Origin: Gemmatimonadales bacterium
Lineage (GTDB): Bacteria > Gemmatimonadota > Gemmatimonadetes > Gemmatimonadales > GWC2-71-9
Direction: 5' to 3'
Length of the DNA: 59,652 nt
NCBI GenBank assembly: GCA_036274515.1
Contig: DASUFQ010000123.1
Coordinates: 1 to 59,652, forward strand
Position numbers and translations under genes: made by a program
Shown here: positions 8,213-16,125 of the stretch, in pieces
How positions within the stretch are numbered: position 1 is the first letter of the stretch
Layout of the letters: the number at the start of each line of letters is the position of its first letter
The notes under the pieces: model-generated
Told to the model about the DNA's origin: nothing
The model's input: only the letters and a program-made list of their open reading frames with translations
Database searches by the model: none

Positions 8213-9230
8213 GCGCGTCGCGTCCGCGGCGCTCGGCGCCCTGTTGCTTGGCACGGCATCCCTGGCGGCGCAGGATTCCGCCGCGACGCTTGCCCGCATG
8301 GAGCGCCGGCTCGATTCGCTGCGCGCCGTCCTGGCCGCAGCCGACAGCACGGCGAGATCCCGCGTGCGGACCGATACCGTCATCGTGGGGTCGTTGCGCA
8401 TCGCCACCACACCCGCCTTGCGACCCGCCGTGCAGCGTGCGGCCGCCGTCGCGTGGGAGCGCCTGGGCGTGGAGTTCGGGGGGGCCCTGTCGGAGGCTTC
8501 ACTGCCCGCGATGCCGGTCGGCTCGGCGGCAGAATCACTGGCGGGAAATGTGAGCGCGGAGCTGCTTGCAGACGCCCTCGAGCGCACGGCGGCCCGCGTG
8601 GTCTGGGGCCGACAGGACTCCACGCTGGTGCGATGGCTGTCCGGGTACCTGCCCGCCGACGCCGCGGTCGCCGACGGCAGCAGGATCCTCGCCAGCCTCG
8701 TCGGCACGCCCGCCATCCCGAACGCCGGTTGCCTCGGCGGTGCCATGGCGGATTGCGCGCTGGCGCTGGGGCTCGGGGCACCACCCCCTTCGGTCGAGGC
8801 GTGGTATGCGCCAGCGGCCTGGCCGGGATTGGTGGAACGGGACCGGGGGTCGCTCGACTCGCGCTCGGCCTCCCGGCGCGCCGACTGCATCGAGCGGGCC
8901 GACATGGAGGCGTGCAGGGCAGTCCTCTCCCTCCGGCCACCGGCGCCGCCGGTGGCGCCCGTGGGGCGGGCGCTGCTCGCGCAGCTGGCACTCGAATCGG
9001 GAGGGTCGGGAGCCTTCGAGCGGCTGACCTCGGACCCGGAGGCCACCCTCGGCGACCGACTCGCTTCCGCCGCTCGGCAGCCGCTCGATTCGTTGCTTGC
9101 AGGGTGGCTGCGCACGGTACGCCATGCGCCTCCCAGCGGGGCTCCGGCCAAAGGGTCGGAACTCCTGATCGTCCTCGCATGGTCCTGTCCCGCCCTCCTG
9201 CTCTCGCTGCGGGGGAGCCGATGCAGGTGA
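8205..9230 (+). CDS. Hypothetical exported protein with C-terminal anchor
   Basis: 341 aa. Signal peptide (AALGALLLGTASLAAQDS) and C-terminal hydrophobic segment (LLIVLAWSCPALLLSL). Overlaps the upstream gene by 8 nt. Confidence 0.55.
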   Translation: MSRRVASAALGALLLGTASLAAQDSAATLARMERRLDSLRAVLAAADSTARSRVRTDTVIVGSLRIATTPALRPAVQRAAAVAWERLGVEFGGALSEASLPAMPVGSAAESLAGNVSAELLADALERTAARVVWGRQDSTLVRWLSGYLPADAAVADGSRILASLVGTPAIPNAGCLGGAMADCALALGLGAPPPSVEAWYAPAAWPGLVERDRGSLDSRSASRRADCIERADMEACRAVLSLRPPAPPVAPVGRALLAQLALESGGSGAFERLTSDPEATLGDRLASAARQPLDSLLAGWLRTVRHAPPSGAPAKGSELLIVLAWSCPALLLSLRGSRCR

Positions 9231-10384
9231 GCAAGCGGGGCCTCGGGCGACTCGCCGTGCTGACGGCACTCCTTGTGCTCGCGTGGATGGCGCCAGACGT
9301 GTCGCGAGACCGCGAGCTGCAGGGGCGACCGGCGGCGGACGCCGATCGCGAAGCGATCACCGCGCTGTCGGATTCCGCCAGTCGGCTTGGCCTTCGCGTG
9401 CGGACGAGCCAGGCCAGACGGCGCGTGGATTCCGCCCTCACGAGCGCGAGGGGCAACACCGATCCCGCGGTTCTCGTCCTTGGCGGCGGCGCGGCCGCGC
9501 TCGCGCCGCGGGTCGACAGTCACTTCGCGCGGCTCGGGTTTCCCGGGCACCCCCGGGTGCCGGTGCACCTGGCGCTGGTCGCCGAGGATTCCACGGGGCC
9601 GCGGCCTGCCGGCATGCTCCGGGCCTTCACGCTGCTGCCCGGGGCCTCCCCCGCGGATGGCTGCACGGCTGTGCTCGTCGTTCCGCGGGGTGGAACCGTC
9701 CCGGACAATTTCGTGGGCGGATGGACTCGCCTTCCGCTGGGTGGGGCGCTCGGACCCTGCTGGTTTCTCGCGGCGTTCGGCCTTCCAGGCCCCGGCGTCC
9801 GGCGGTGGCTGGACTCGCGCTACTGGGACGTCGCCGGGACGGTCCCGCCCACTGCGGCACCGTCCGGACTGTCGGACGCGAACCCGGGCTCGACGGAATT
9901 GCTCGGCCGGCTCCTGCTGCCCCTCCTTTCACCATTCCTCGCCCGGTCGGCGCTGGATGCGGGGTGCGCCGGGAACCGGCCCGAACTCTGCGAGGTCGCC
10001 CTGCTGGCTCCATTGCCGTCCGGCATCCTCCCTGATGGGATCGCGGGGAGCGAAGGCCTCCAGCGGCGGCTCGGCGATTCGCAACTCTGGACCCTCGGCC
10101 TGACGGTGAGCGCCAAGGGCAGCCTGCTGGCCAGGATGGTGGACGACCTGGGCGCCGAGCGATTTGCCACCTTCTGGGGCAGCGGCGCGGAGGTTCCGGA
10201 GGCGTTCCGCTCCGCGGCAGGCGAGTCGCTCGGGGAGTGGTACCGGCGGCGATTGCGCCGGGAGCTGGAGGAGGCGGGGTTTCCGGGGCCGGTTGAGCCC
10301 CCATATTGGCCGGCGGCGCTCGGGTTCCTGGGCGTGGCAATCGCGGCCTCGCTCTGGCAGGCCGGGCGGCGGCAGGTCAGGTAG
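9221..10384 (+). CDS. Hypothetical membrane-anchored protein (N- and C-terminal TM segments)
   Basis: Trimmed from track ORF 8453..10384 to ATG 9221 (MQVSKRGLGRLAVLTALLVLAWMAP...). C-terminal TM YWPAALGFLGVAIAASLW. 10-nt overlap with the previous gene. Confidence 0.55.
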   Translation: MQVSKRGLGRLAVLTALLVLAWMAPDVSRDRELQGRPAADADREAITALSDSASRLGLRVRTSQARRRVDSALTSARGNTDPAVLVLGGGAAALAPRVDSHFARLGFPGHPRVPVHLALVAEDSTGPRPAGMLRAFTLLPGASPADGCTAVLVVPRGGTVPDNFVGGWTRLPLGGALGPCWFLAAFGLPGPGVRRWLDSRYWDVAGTVPPTAAPSGLSDANPGSTELLGRLLLPLLSPFLARSALDAGCAGNRPELCEVALLAPLPSGILPDGIAGSEGLQRRLGDSQLWTLGLTVSAKGSLLARMVDDLGAERFATFWGSGAEVPEAFRSAAGESLGEWYRRRLRRELEEAGFPGPVEPPYWPAALGFLGVAIAASLWQAGRRQVR

Positions 10385-10399
10385 ACCAGGACTCCCGCC

Positions 10400-11701
10400 T
10401 CACTCGATTGGCTGCAGCACCACGCGCCGGTTCCGGGCGCGTCCCTCCGCAGTCGAATTGCTCGCCACCGGATCGGCCGAGCCGTACCCGTGCGCGCTGA
10501 GGCGGTCGGCCGCCACCCCTTCGGAAATCAGGAATCTCCGCACCGCCGTGGCCCTGGCCAGCGAAATGCGCCGGTTGGCCTCCGGGGGACCGGTGTCGTC
10601 GGTGTACCCATCAACCGCATAGCGCGCCGCTGGGTCGGCCATGAGCGCGATGGCGACAGTTCGCAGCGAGACCTTGGCCTGGCCGGTGAGGGTGGCACTC
10701 CCGCTCGGGAAGTCGACTCCCCGAAGCACCAGCGGCGGCGGTCGCTCGGGGGTCGGCGCCGGCGTCGCCTGGGGGAGGGGGCAGCCGAGCGCGTCGACCG
10801 GGGCGTCCGGGCGGGTGCCGGGACACCGATCCCGGTCGTCCGGGACGCCGTCGTCGTCCGAATCGACTGGCGGCTGCGGCGGCGGGCATCCGAACGGGTC
10901 GGTGATGACGCCGGGTGGGGTGGCCGGGCATCGATCCACGGCGTTGAGGACGCCGTCTCCGTCGCTGTCGGCGTTGCATCCCGTCAGGTCGACGCGCTGG
11001 CCGGGGGGCGTATCGGGGCACTGATCGCCGCCGTCGAGGACCCCATCACCATCGGAGTCGCGGGCCAGGTCGCAGCCGGTCGGGTCGACCGGCGCCCCGC
11101 GCGAGGATTCCGGGCAGCGATCCTCGGCATTGGGCACTCCATCGTGGTCGCTGTCCCTCGGGCCCAGCGGTCCCGCATACATCGACATCCCGACCTGGAC
11201 GCCGAGATCCCACTGTCGTTCCACCTGCCCGCCGGGCGGGGCGACATAGTCCGCGGTCGCTTCCAGTCGCAGCCCGAGGCGCGGGCCGAACCCGAAGCGG
11301 AATCCCACCAGGCCGGCCAGCCCCTCCTGATCCACATCGAGCCCGCCGAAGTAGCGGTGGCGGCTGTAGCCCGCGCCGAAGAGCGCGGTGGCCGATCCGC
11401 GCAGGGGGAGGTGCACCAGGAGGCGCCCGGTCAGCCCCTGGGTCGTCACCGGCGTGGAATCGGGGAGGGTGGTCGCGCCGTAGCTCCCGCCGAGCTCAAG
11501 GCTGAGCTTTTCGGTGACGAACAGCCCGACCTCCGCGCCGATCCCGAAGCCGCTCTTCAGCCCGAGCGAATCGGGATAGAACGAATAGCGGCCGAGCGGG
11601 ACGACCTCGATGGTGCCTCCCCGCTGCGGCCACGCCGGCAAGGCCGCCCCGACGGACAAGGCGAAGGCCAGCAGGAGGGACAGGCGGGCGGTCGGACGCA
11701 T
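10400..11701 (-). CDS. OmpA-family outer-membrane protein with thrombospondin type-3 (Ca-binding) repeats
   Basis: Signal peptide, then an N-terminal beta-barrel-like region. Four D-x-D-x-D-G-x-x-D-x-x-D-x-C-P repeats. C-terminal OmpA_C peptidoglycan-binding domain (GYTDDTGPPEANRRISLARATAVRRFLISEGV...NRRVVL). Confidence 0.9.
   Translation of the reverse strand: MRPTARLSLLLAFALSVGAALPAWPQRGGTIEVVPLGRYSFYPDSLGLKSGFGIGAEVGLFVTEKLSLELGGSYGATTLPDSTPVTTQGLTGRLLVHLPLRGSATALFGAGYSRHRYFGGLDVDQEGLAGLVGFRFGFGPRLGLRLEATADYVAPPGGQVERQWDLGVQVGMSMYAGPLGPRDSDHDGVPNAEDRCPESSRGAPVDPTGCDLARDSDGDGVLDGGDQCPDTPPGQRVDLTGCNADSDGDGVLNAVDRCPATPPGVITDPFGCPPPQPPVDSDDDGVPDDRDRCPGTRPDAPVDALGCPLPQATPAPTPERPPPLVLRGVDFPSGSATLTGQAKVSLRTVAIALMADPAARYAVDGYTDDTGPPEANRRISLARATAVRRFLISEGVAADRLSAHGYGSADPVASNSTAEGRARNRRVVLQPIE
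10781..11155 (-). repeat. Four in-frame TSP type-3 repeats inside the OmpA gene
   Basis: DSDHDGVPNAEDRCP / DSDGDGVLDGGDQCP / DSDGDGVLNAVDRCP / DSDDDGVPDDRDRCP, each followed by a x-D-x-x-GC linker. Residues about 183-307. Confidence 0.85.
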
Positions 11702-11791
11702 CGGGGTAAGATACCGCGACCTCGGCGAGGCGGGCCACGCGGTGAATCGCTAGATTTCCTCCCTCCTCCGCCGATCCCCGGGAGCCCGCGC

Positions 11792-12820
11792 ATGCTGAAC
11801 GTGAACACCCGACAGGGGCGAGCCGCCCTCCTGATCCTCCTCCTCGGCATTGCGCTCCTGGCGGCGCTGGCGCCGTTCACCTCGGGCCTGCTGGCCGCCC
11901 CCGTCTTCTACGTGATGTTCGAGCCGCTTTACAAGCGCCTGGCCAGGCGGGTGCATCGGTCGGTTGCCGCGGGTGTCACGATCCTCCTCGCGGTCCTGCT
12001 GATCTTGGTGCCCGGCTCCTGGCTCCTGACGCTGATCGTCGGGCAGGCGCAGGACGTGGTGACGAATCTCGTGCAGAACCCGGTGCTCGGGAAACTGCAG
12101 ACGCTGACCATCGGGGGCTATGCGGTGGGCCCCGAGCTGGTGAAGATGGGGCAGACCATCATCGGCGGACTCGGCCGGGGTGCCTTCGCCGCCGTCGGGA
12201 CCGTCACCCTCATGGTGTTCAACTTGGCCATCTCCTTCTTCCTCCTCTATTTCATGCTGGTCACCGAGGGGCGGTCGTGGCTGACGATCCGCCCCTACAT
12301 CCCGTTCAGCGCCGGGAGTGCCGAACTGCTCCGCGAGCGGTTCCGGGCGGTCACGATCTCGACCGTCATCGGGACCGGCCTCACCGCCAGCATCCAGGGG
12401 ACGCTGGTCGGGATCGCCTTCGCGCTGGCGGGGCTGCCGAATGCCGCCTTCTGGGGAGTGGTGACCGTCGTCTTCGCCATCCTGCCCGTCGTCGGCAGCG
12501 GCCTGGTCTGGATCCCGGCCAGCGTGGCCCTCTACCTCCAGGACGCCCACGGTGCGGCGTTCACCATGTTCGCCTTCGGCGCACTGATCGTCGGCAACAT
12601 CGACAACGTCATCCGCCCGATCGTCTTTCGTCGCTGGGCGCAGACCCACCCGCTCATCACCGTCCTGGGCGCCTTTGCCGGCGTGCGCTACCTCGGCCTG
12701 CTCGGCCTCCTGATCGGCCCGCTGGCGCTCTCCTACTTCTTCGAGCTGGTGCGCCTCTACAATGAGGAGTACGTCAGCCTGAGCGGGGTGCCGCCGGAGC
12801 CGGAGCCGCCCGTCACTTGA
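11792..12820 (+). CDS. AI-2E family transporter (PerM-like permease)
   Basis: Trimmed from track ORF 10490..12820 to ATG 11792. Polytopic. Characteristic C-terminal GNIDNVIRPIVF...HPLITVLGAFAG...GLLGLLIGPLAL. Confidence 0.85.
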   Translation: MLNVNTRQGRAALLILLLGIALLAALAPFTSGLLAAPVFYVMFEPLYKRLARRVHRSVAAGVTILLAVLLILVPGSWLLTLIVGQAQDVVTNLVQNPVLGKLQTLTIGGYAVGPELVKMGQTIIGGLGRGAFAAVGTVTLMVFNLAISFFLLYFMLVTEGRSWLTIRPYIPFSAGSAELLRERFRAVTISTVIGTGLTASIQGTLVGIAFALAGLPNAAFWGVVTVVFAILPVVGSGLVWIPASVALYLQDAHGAAFTMFAFGALIVGNIDNVIRPIVFRRWAQTHPLITVLGAFAGVRYLGLLGLLIGPLALSYFFELVRLYNEEYVSLSGVPPEPEPPVT

Positions 12821-13734
12821 GCGACTCGCCGCGCGCCTCGACGGTTCGCCTGGTCCTGGCGTGGGCGTCGGTGTACCTGATCTGGGGGTCCACCTACCTC
12901 GGGATCCGGCTGGCCATCGCGTCGATCCCGCCGTTCCTGATGGCGGGGTCGCGCCACCTCCTGGCTGGCCTGCTGCTCTTCGGATGGAGCCGGTTTCGGC
13001 GCCGCCTGCCGCCTCCCTCCCGTGACGACTGGCAGCGCGCGGCCGTGCTCGGCGTGCTGATGCTCGTCACCGCCAACGGCGCCACGACCTGGGCAGAGCA
13101 GCTGGTGCCGAGCGGGCTGACGGCGCTGATCGTCTGCACCTCGGCGCTGTGGCTGGTCCTCCTCGACTGGCTCTGGCGCGGGGCGGCGCGGCCGGGCGTC
13201 CGGACGGTGGCCGGGCTCGTGGCCGGGTTCGGCGGCGTCGGCCTGCTGGTCATCCCCGTCGACTTCGCCGGCGGCGAGCATGTCGACCCGATCGGCGCCA
13301 TCGTGCTCACGGGCGCGGCGCTGAGCTGGTCGGTGGGGTCGATCCTTGCCATCAAGCTGTCGCGCCCGAAGCACCCGACGCTCTTCGTGTCCCAGCAGAT
13401 GATCGTGGCCGGTGGTGTCCTGCTGGCCGTGGCCCTCCTGACCGGCGAGGTCGGGGCGTTCACCTGGGCGGCGGTCACCCCCTCTTCGGCGGCGGCGTAC
13501 CTGTACCTGGCGGTCTTCGGCTCCCTGATCTCGTACTCGGCCTACTACTGGCTGCTGCGGCACACCACTCCGGACCGGCTCGCCACGATTTCGTACGTCA
13601 ACCCGCTCGTCGCCGTCATCCTCGGCTGGGCACTCGCCAGTGAGCCGCTCACCGTCCGGACGCTCGCCGCGGCGGCCGTCATCCTGCTCGCGGTGGGACT
13701 GATCACCACCACGCGGCTCCGCCGCCCGGCCTGA
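12817..13734 (+). CDS. EamA/DMT-superfamily transporter
   Basis: 305 aa, about 10 TM helices, duplicated EamA-like halves (WGSTYLGIRLAI...). TTG start overlaps the previous stop (TTGA). Confidence 0.8.
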   Translation: MSDSPRASTVRLVLAWASVYLIWGSTYLGIRLAIASIPPFLMAGSRHLLAGLLLFGWSRFRRRLPPPSRDDWQRAAVLGVLMLVTANGATTWAEQLVPSGLTALIVCTSALWLVLLDWLWRGAARPGVRTVAGLVAGFGGVGLLVIPVDFAGGEHVDPIGAIVLTGAALSWSVGSILAIKLSRPKHPTLFVSQQMIVAGGVLLAVALLTGEVGAFTWAAVTPSSAAAYLYLAVFGSLISYSAYYWLLRHTTPDRLATISYVNPLVAVILGWALASEPLTVRTLAAAAVILLAVGLITTTRLRRPA

Positions 13735-13744
13735 GGGCCATCGC

Positions 13745-14308
13745 ATGGCATCGCCTCGCGTCACGATCGAGCTGCCGCCCTGGGTCGACGACTTCGTCGA
13801 CTGGCGCCGCCGCTATCCGCGCCTCGAGGACCGGATGGCCCTGGTGATCGCGGTCGGACACGAGCAGGTCCGCCGCGCCACCGGCGGTCCCTTCGCCGCG
13901 GCGGTGTTCGAGCGGGATACCGGGGGCCTGGTGGCGGTCGGCGTCAACCTCGCCGTGCCGGCGCACAACTGCGCGCTGCACGCCGAAATCGTGGCGCTCA
14001 TGATGGCGGGGGCGCGGTTGCACCACCACTCGCTCGGTGCGCGGGGGCTGCCAGCGCACGACCTGGTCACCTCCTGCGAGCCGTGCGCCATGTGCCTGGG
14101 GGCCACGTTGTGGAGCGGCGTGGCGCGGCTGGTCACCGGCGCCACGAAATCCGATGCCGAGGCGGTCGGGTACGACGAAGGGCCGGTCTTCGCCGAGTCC
14201 TACGACCACCTCGAGCGCAGGGGGATTGTCGTGGTCCGGGAGGTGCTGCGCACCGAGGCGCGCGAGGTACTCCAGGCGTACCAGGCCGCCGGCGGGGACC
14301 TCTACTGA
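13745..14308 (+). CDS. Nucleoside/nucleotide deaminase (CDA/dCMP-deaminase zinc-binding fold)
   Basis: HAE (CALHAEIVAL) and PCxxC (CEPCAMC) zinc motifs. Confidence 0.8.
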   Translation: MASPRVTIELPPWVDDFVDWRRRYPRLEDRMALVIAVGHEQVRRATGGPFAAAVFERDTGGLVAVGVNLAVPAHNCALHAEIVALMMAGARLHHHSLGARGLPAHDLVTSCEPCAMCLGATLWSGVARLVTGATKSDAEAVGYDEGPVFAESYDHLERRGIVVVREVLRTEAREVLQAYQAAGGDLY

Positions 14309-15312
14309 TGCCGGCACTCTCCCGGCGGGTGCTCGGGCGCACGGACCTGGACATCACGCGGCTGGGGCTTGGCGCCTGGGCCATCGGCGGCCCCTGGCTC
14401 TTCGGCTGGGGGCCGCAGGATGACTCGGCGTCGATCGCCACGATTCGCCGCGCCGTCGAGCTCGGCATCAACTGGATCGACACCGCCGCGGTCTACGGCC
14501 TCGGGCATTCCGAGACCGTGGTCGGCCGGGCGCTCCGGGGCCTGCCCGAGGCGGACCGGCCCTACCTCTTCACGAAATGCGGGCTGGTGTGGGACGAGGA
14601 ATCGCGCACCGACGAGCCGCGGCGCGTGCTGCATCCGGCCTCCATCCGGCGCGAGTGCGAGGCATCGCTGCGGCGGCTCGGCGTCGAGCGCATCGACCTC
14701 TACCAGTTTCACTGGCCCGACGAATCGGGTGTGCCCGTCGAGGAGTCCTGGGACGCGATGCTGCGCCTGGTCGAGGAGGGAAAGGTGCGGTGGCCGGGCG
14801 TCTGCAACTTCGACGCTGCGCTGCTGGCCCGGATCGCCGCGCGGGGCCCCGTCGCGTCGCTGCAGCCGCCGCTCTCCCTCATTCGCCGGAAGGTGGCCGC
14901 CACCGAGCTGCCATGGTGCTTCAAGGAGGACGTCGGCGTGATTGCCTACAGCCCGATGCAGTCGGCCCTCCTCACCGACGGGTTTTCCGCGGAGCGTCTC
15001 GCCGGGCTGCCCCCGGACGACTATCGCCGCCGCGGCACCGAGTTCACGGGGGATCGGTTCCGGCGCAACCTCGCCCTGCGGGACGGGCTCCGGCCGGTGG
15101 CCGGCCGGCTCGGGATTTCGCTGGGCGAGCTGGCGATCGCCTGGGTGCTGGCATGGCCGGCGGTGACCGGCGCGATCGTCGGGGCCCGGGCGCCCGGGCA
15201 GGTGGACGGCTGGGTCCGCGCGACCGACGTCGTGCTCGCGCCGGAGGACCTGGACGAGATTGCCGCGGTGATCAGCCGGACAGGCGCGGGGGAGGGACCG
15301 CCGCGTCCCTGA
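14308..15312 (+). CDS. Aldo/keto reductase
   Basis: Trimmed from 14083 to ATG 14308, which overlaps the deaminase TGA by 1 nt. LGLGAWAIGG...GINWIDTAAVYGLGHSETVVGRAL...IDLYQFHWPD are typical AKR motifs. Confidence 0.9.
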   Translation: MPALSRRVLGRTDLDITRLGLGAWAIGGPWLFGWGPQDDSASIATIRRAVELGINWIDTAAVYGLGHSETVVGRALRGLPEADRPYLFTKCGLVWDEESRTDEPRRVLHPASIRRECEASLRRLGVERIDLYQFHWPDESGVPVEESWDAMLRLVEEGKVRWPGVCNFDAALLARIAARGPVASLQPPLSLIRRKVAATELPWCFKEDVGVIAYSPMQSALLTDGFSAERLAGLPPDDYRRRGTEFTGDRFRRNLALRDGLRPVAGRLGISLGELAIAWVLAWPAVTGAIVGARAPGQVDGWVRATDVVLAPEDLDEIAAVISRTGAGEGPPRP

Positions 15313-15336
15313 GGCCGGCGCAGGGGCCGCCGCGAC

Positions 15337-16068
15337 TCAGCGGCCGGGGGGGAAGATCGACACCGCCGATCCGACGGCCAGGTGGGTCGCAATCGGCTGC
15401 CGGCCGTTCAGGACCGACCATTCCGGCCCGTAGAGCGCGCCGAAGTCCACGTCGAAGTCCAAGGTCCGCACGCGCCGAAGCGCCCACTCCGGATGCTCCA
15501 CCCTGACGACGATCGGCTCGCCCCGGCGCGAGCGCCCGTACGCCCAGCGCCGGCCCAGGAGGTTGTGCGCGGCCGCGTCGGCGGCGCCCCCGGTGGACGC
15601 CTGGTCGGCCGTGATCCGCAGAAAGTAGCGGCGCTGCTCCCACCGCCACCGGTGCTCGACCACCAGTTCGTCGCCCATGCTCGCCGTGCGGCTCTCCATC
15701 GGCGCCGAACGGAACGGCTCGTTGAAGCGGAGCCGCCCGATCGCCGCCGCCAGCGGGCTCGGCACCAGCTCACGGATGGCCACCACCCCGCGGCGATCGC
15801 CCTGGCGGACGTAGGTGCGGAAGTTGATCTCGGGAAAGTCCACGAAGCCCGGGATCCGCCGCCCGCGGACCCGGGTGTCCACGAAGTCGAACGCGATGAG
15901 CGACATCAACGCGCGGCCGTCGACGAGGTCCGGCTCGACATCGCCGGCGAGCCAGGGCCCGAGCAGGGAGGCGTCGACGTCGTACGTGAGCAGCGCGAGG
16001 TTGCTCCAGCGCGCGGTCAGCGCGGGGCGGCGTCGTTCGGGCAGGCCGGTGGCTGGCAAGGAGGTCAT
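15337..16068 (-). CDS. DUF2071-like protein
   Basis: W.NLALLTYDVD...L.P.LP.G.EPD, FVDFPEINFRTYV and RRWAYGR resemble the DUF2071 (YgjF-like) family. Start set at ATG 16068 (MTSLPATG); the track uses TTG 16080. Confidence 0.6.
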   Translation of the reverse strand: MTSLPATGLPERRRPALTARWSNLALLTYDVDASLLGPWLAGDVEPDLVDGRALMSLIAFDFVDTRVRGRRIPGFVDFPEINFRTYVRQGDRRGVVAIRELVPSPLAAAIGRLRFNEPFRSAPMESRTASMGDELVVEHRWRWEQRRYFLRITADQASTGGAADAAAHNLLGRRWAYGRSRRGEPIVVRVEHPEWALRRVRTLDFDVDFGALYGPEWSVLNGRQPIATHLAVGSAVSIFPPGR

Positions 16069-16125
16069 GGACTCTATCAATAGTATACTGATTCACGCAG
16101 GGGAGACCGGAGGGAGGCGCATCGC

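Noticed and set aside
7229-9568. 779-aa minus-strand ORF
   Set aside because: It is antisense to the co-directional, translationally coupled YtrA-ABC operon genes. It has low-complexity Arg/Ala/Ser/Pro composition.
16082-16089. AGTATACT palindrome in the divergent DUF2071/HDAC intergenic region
   Set aside because: Only 8 bp. It may simply be a -10-like TATACT element. Too short to claim as an operator.
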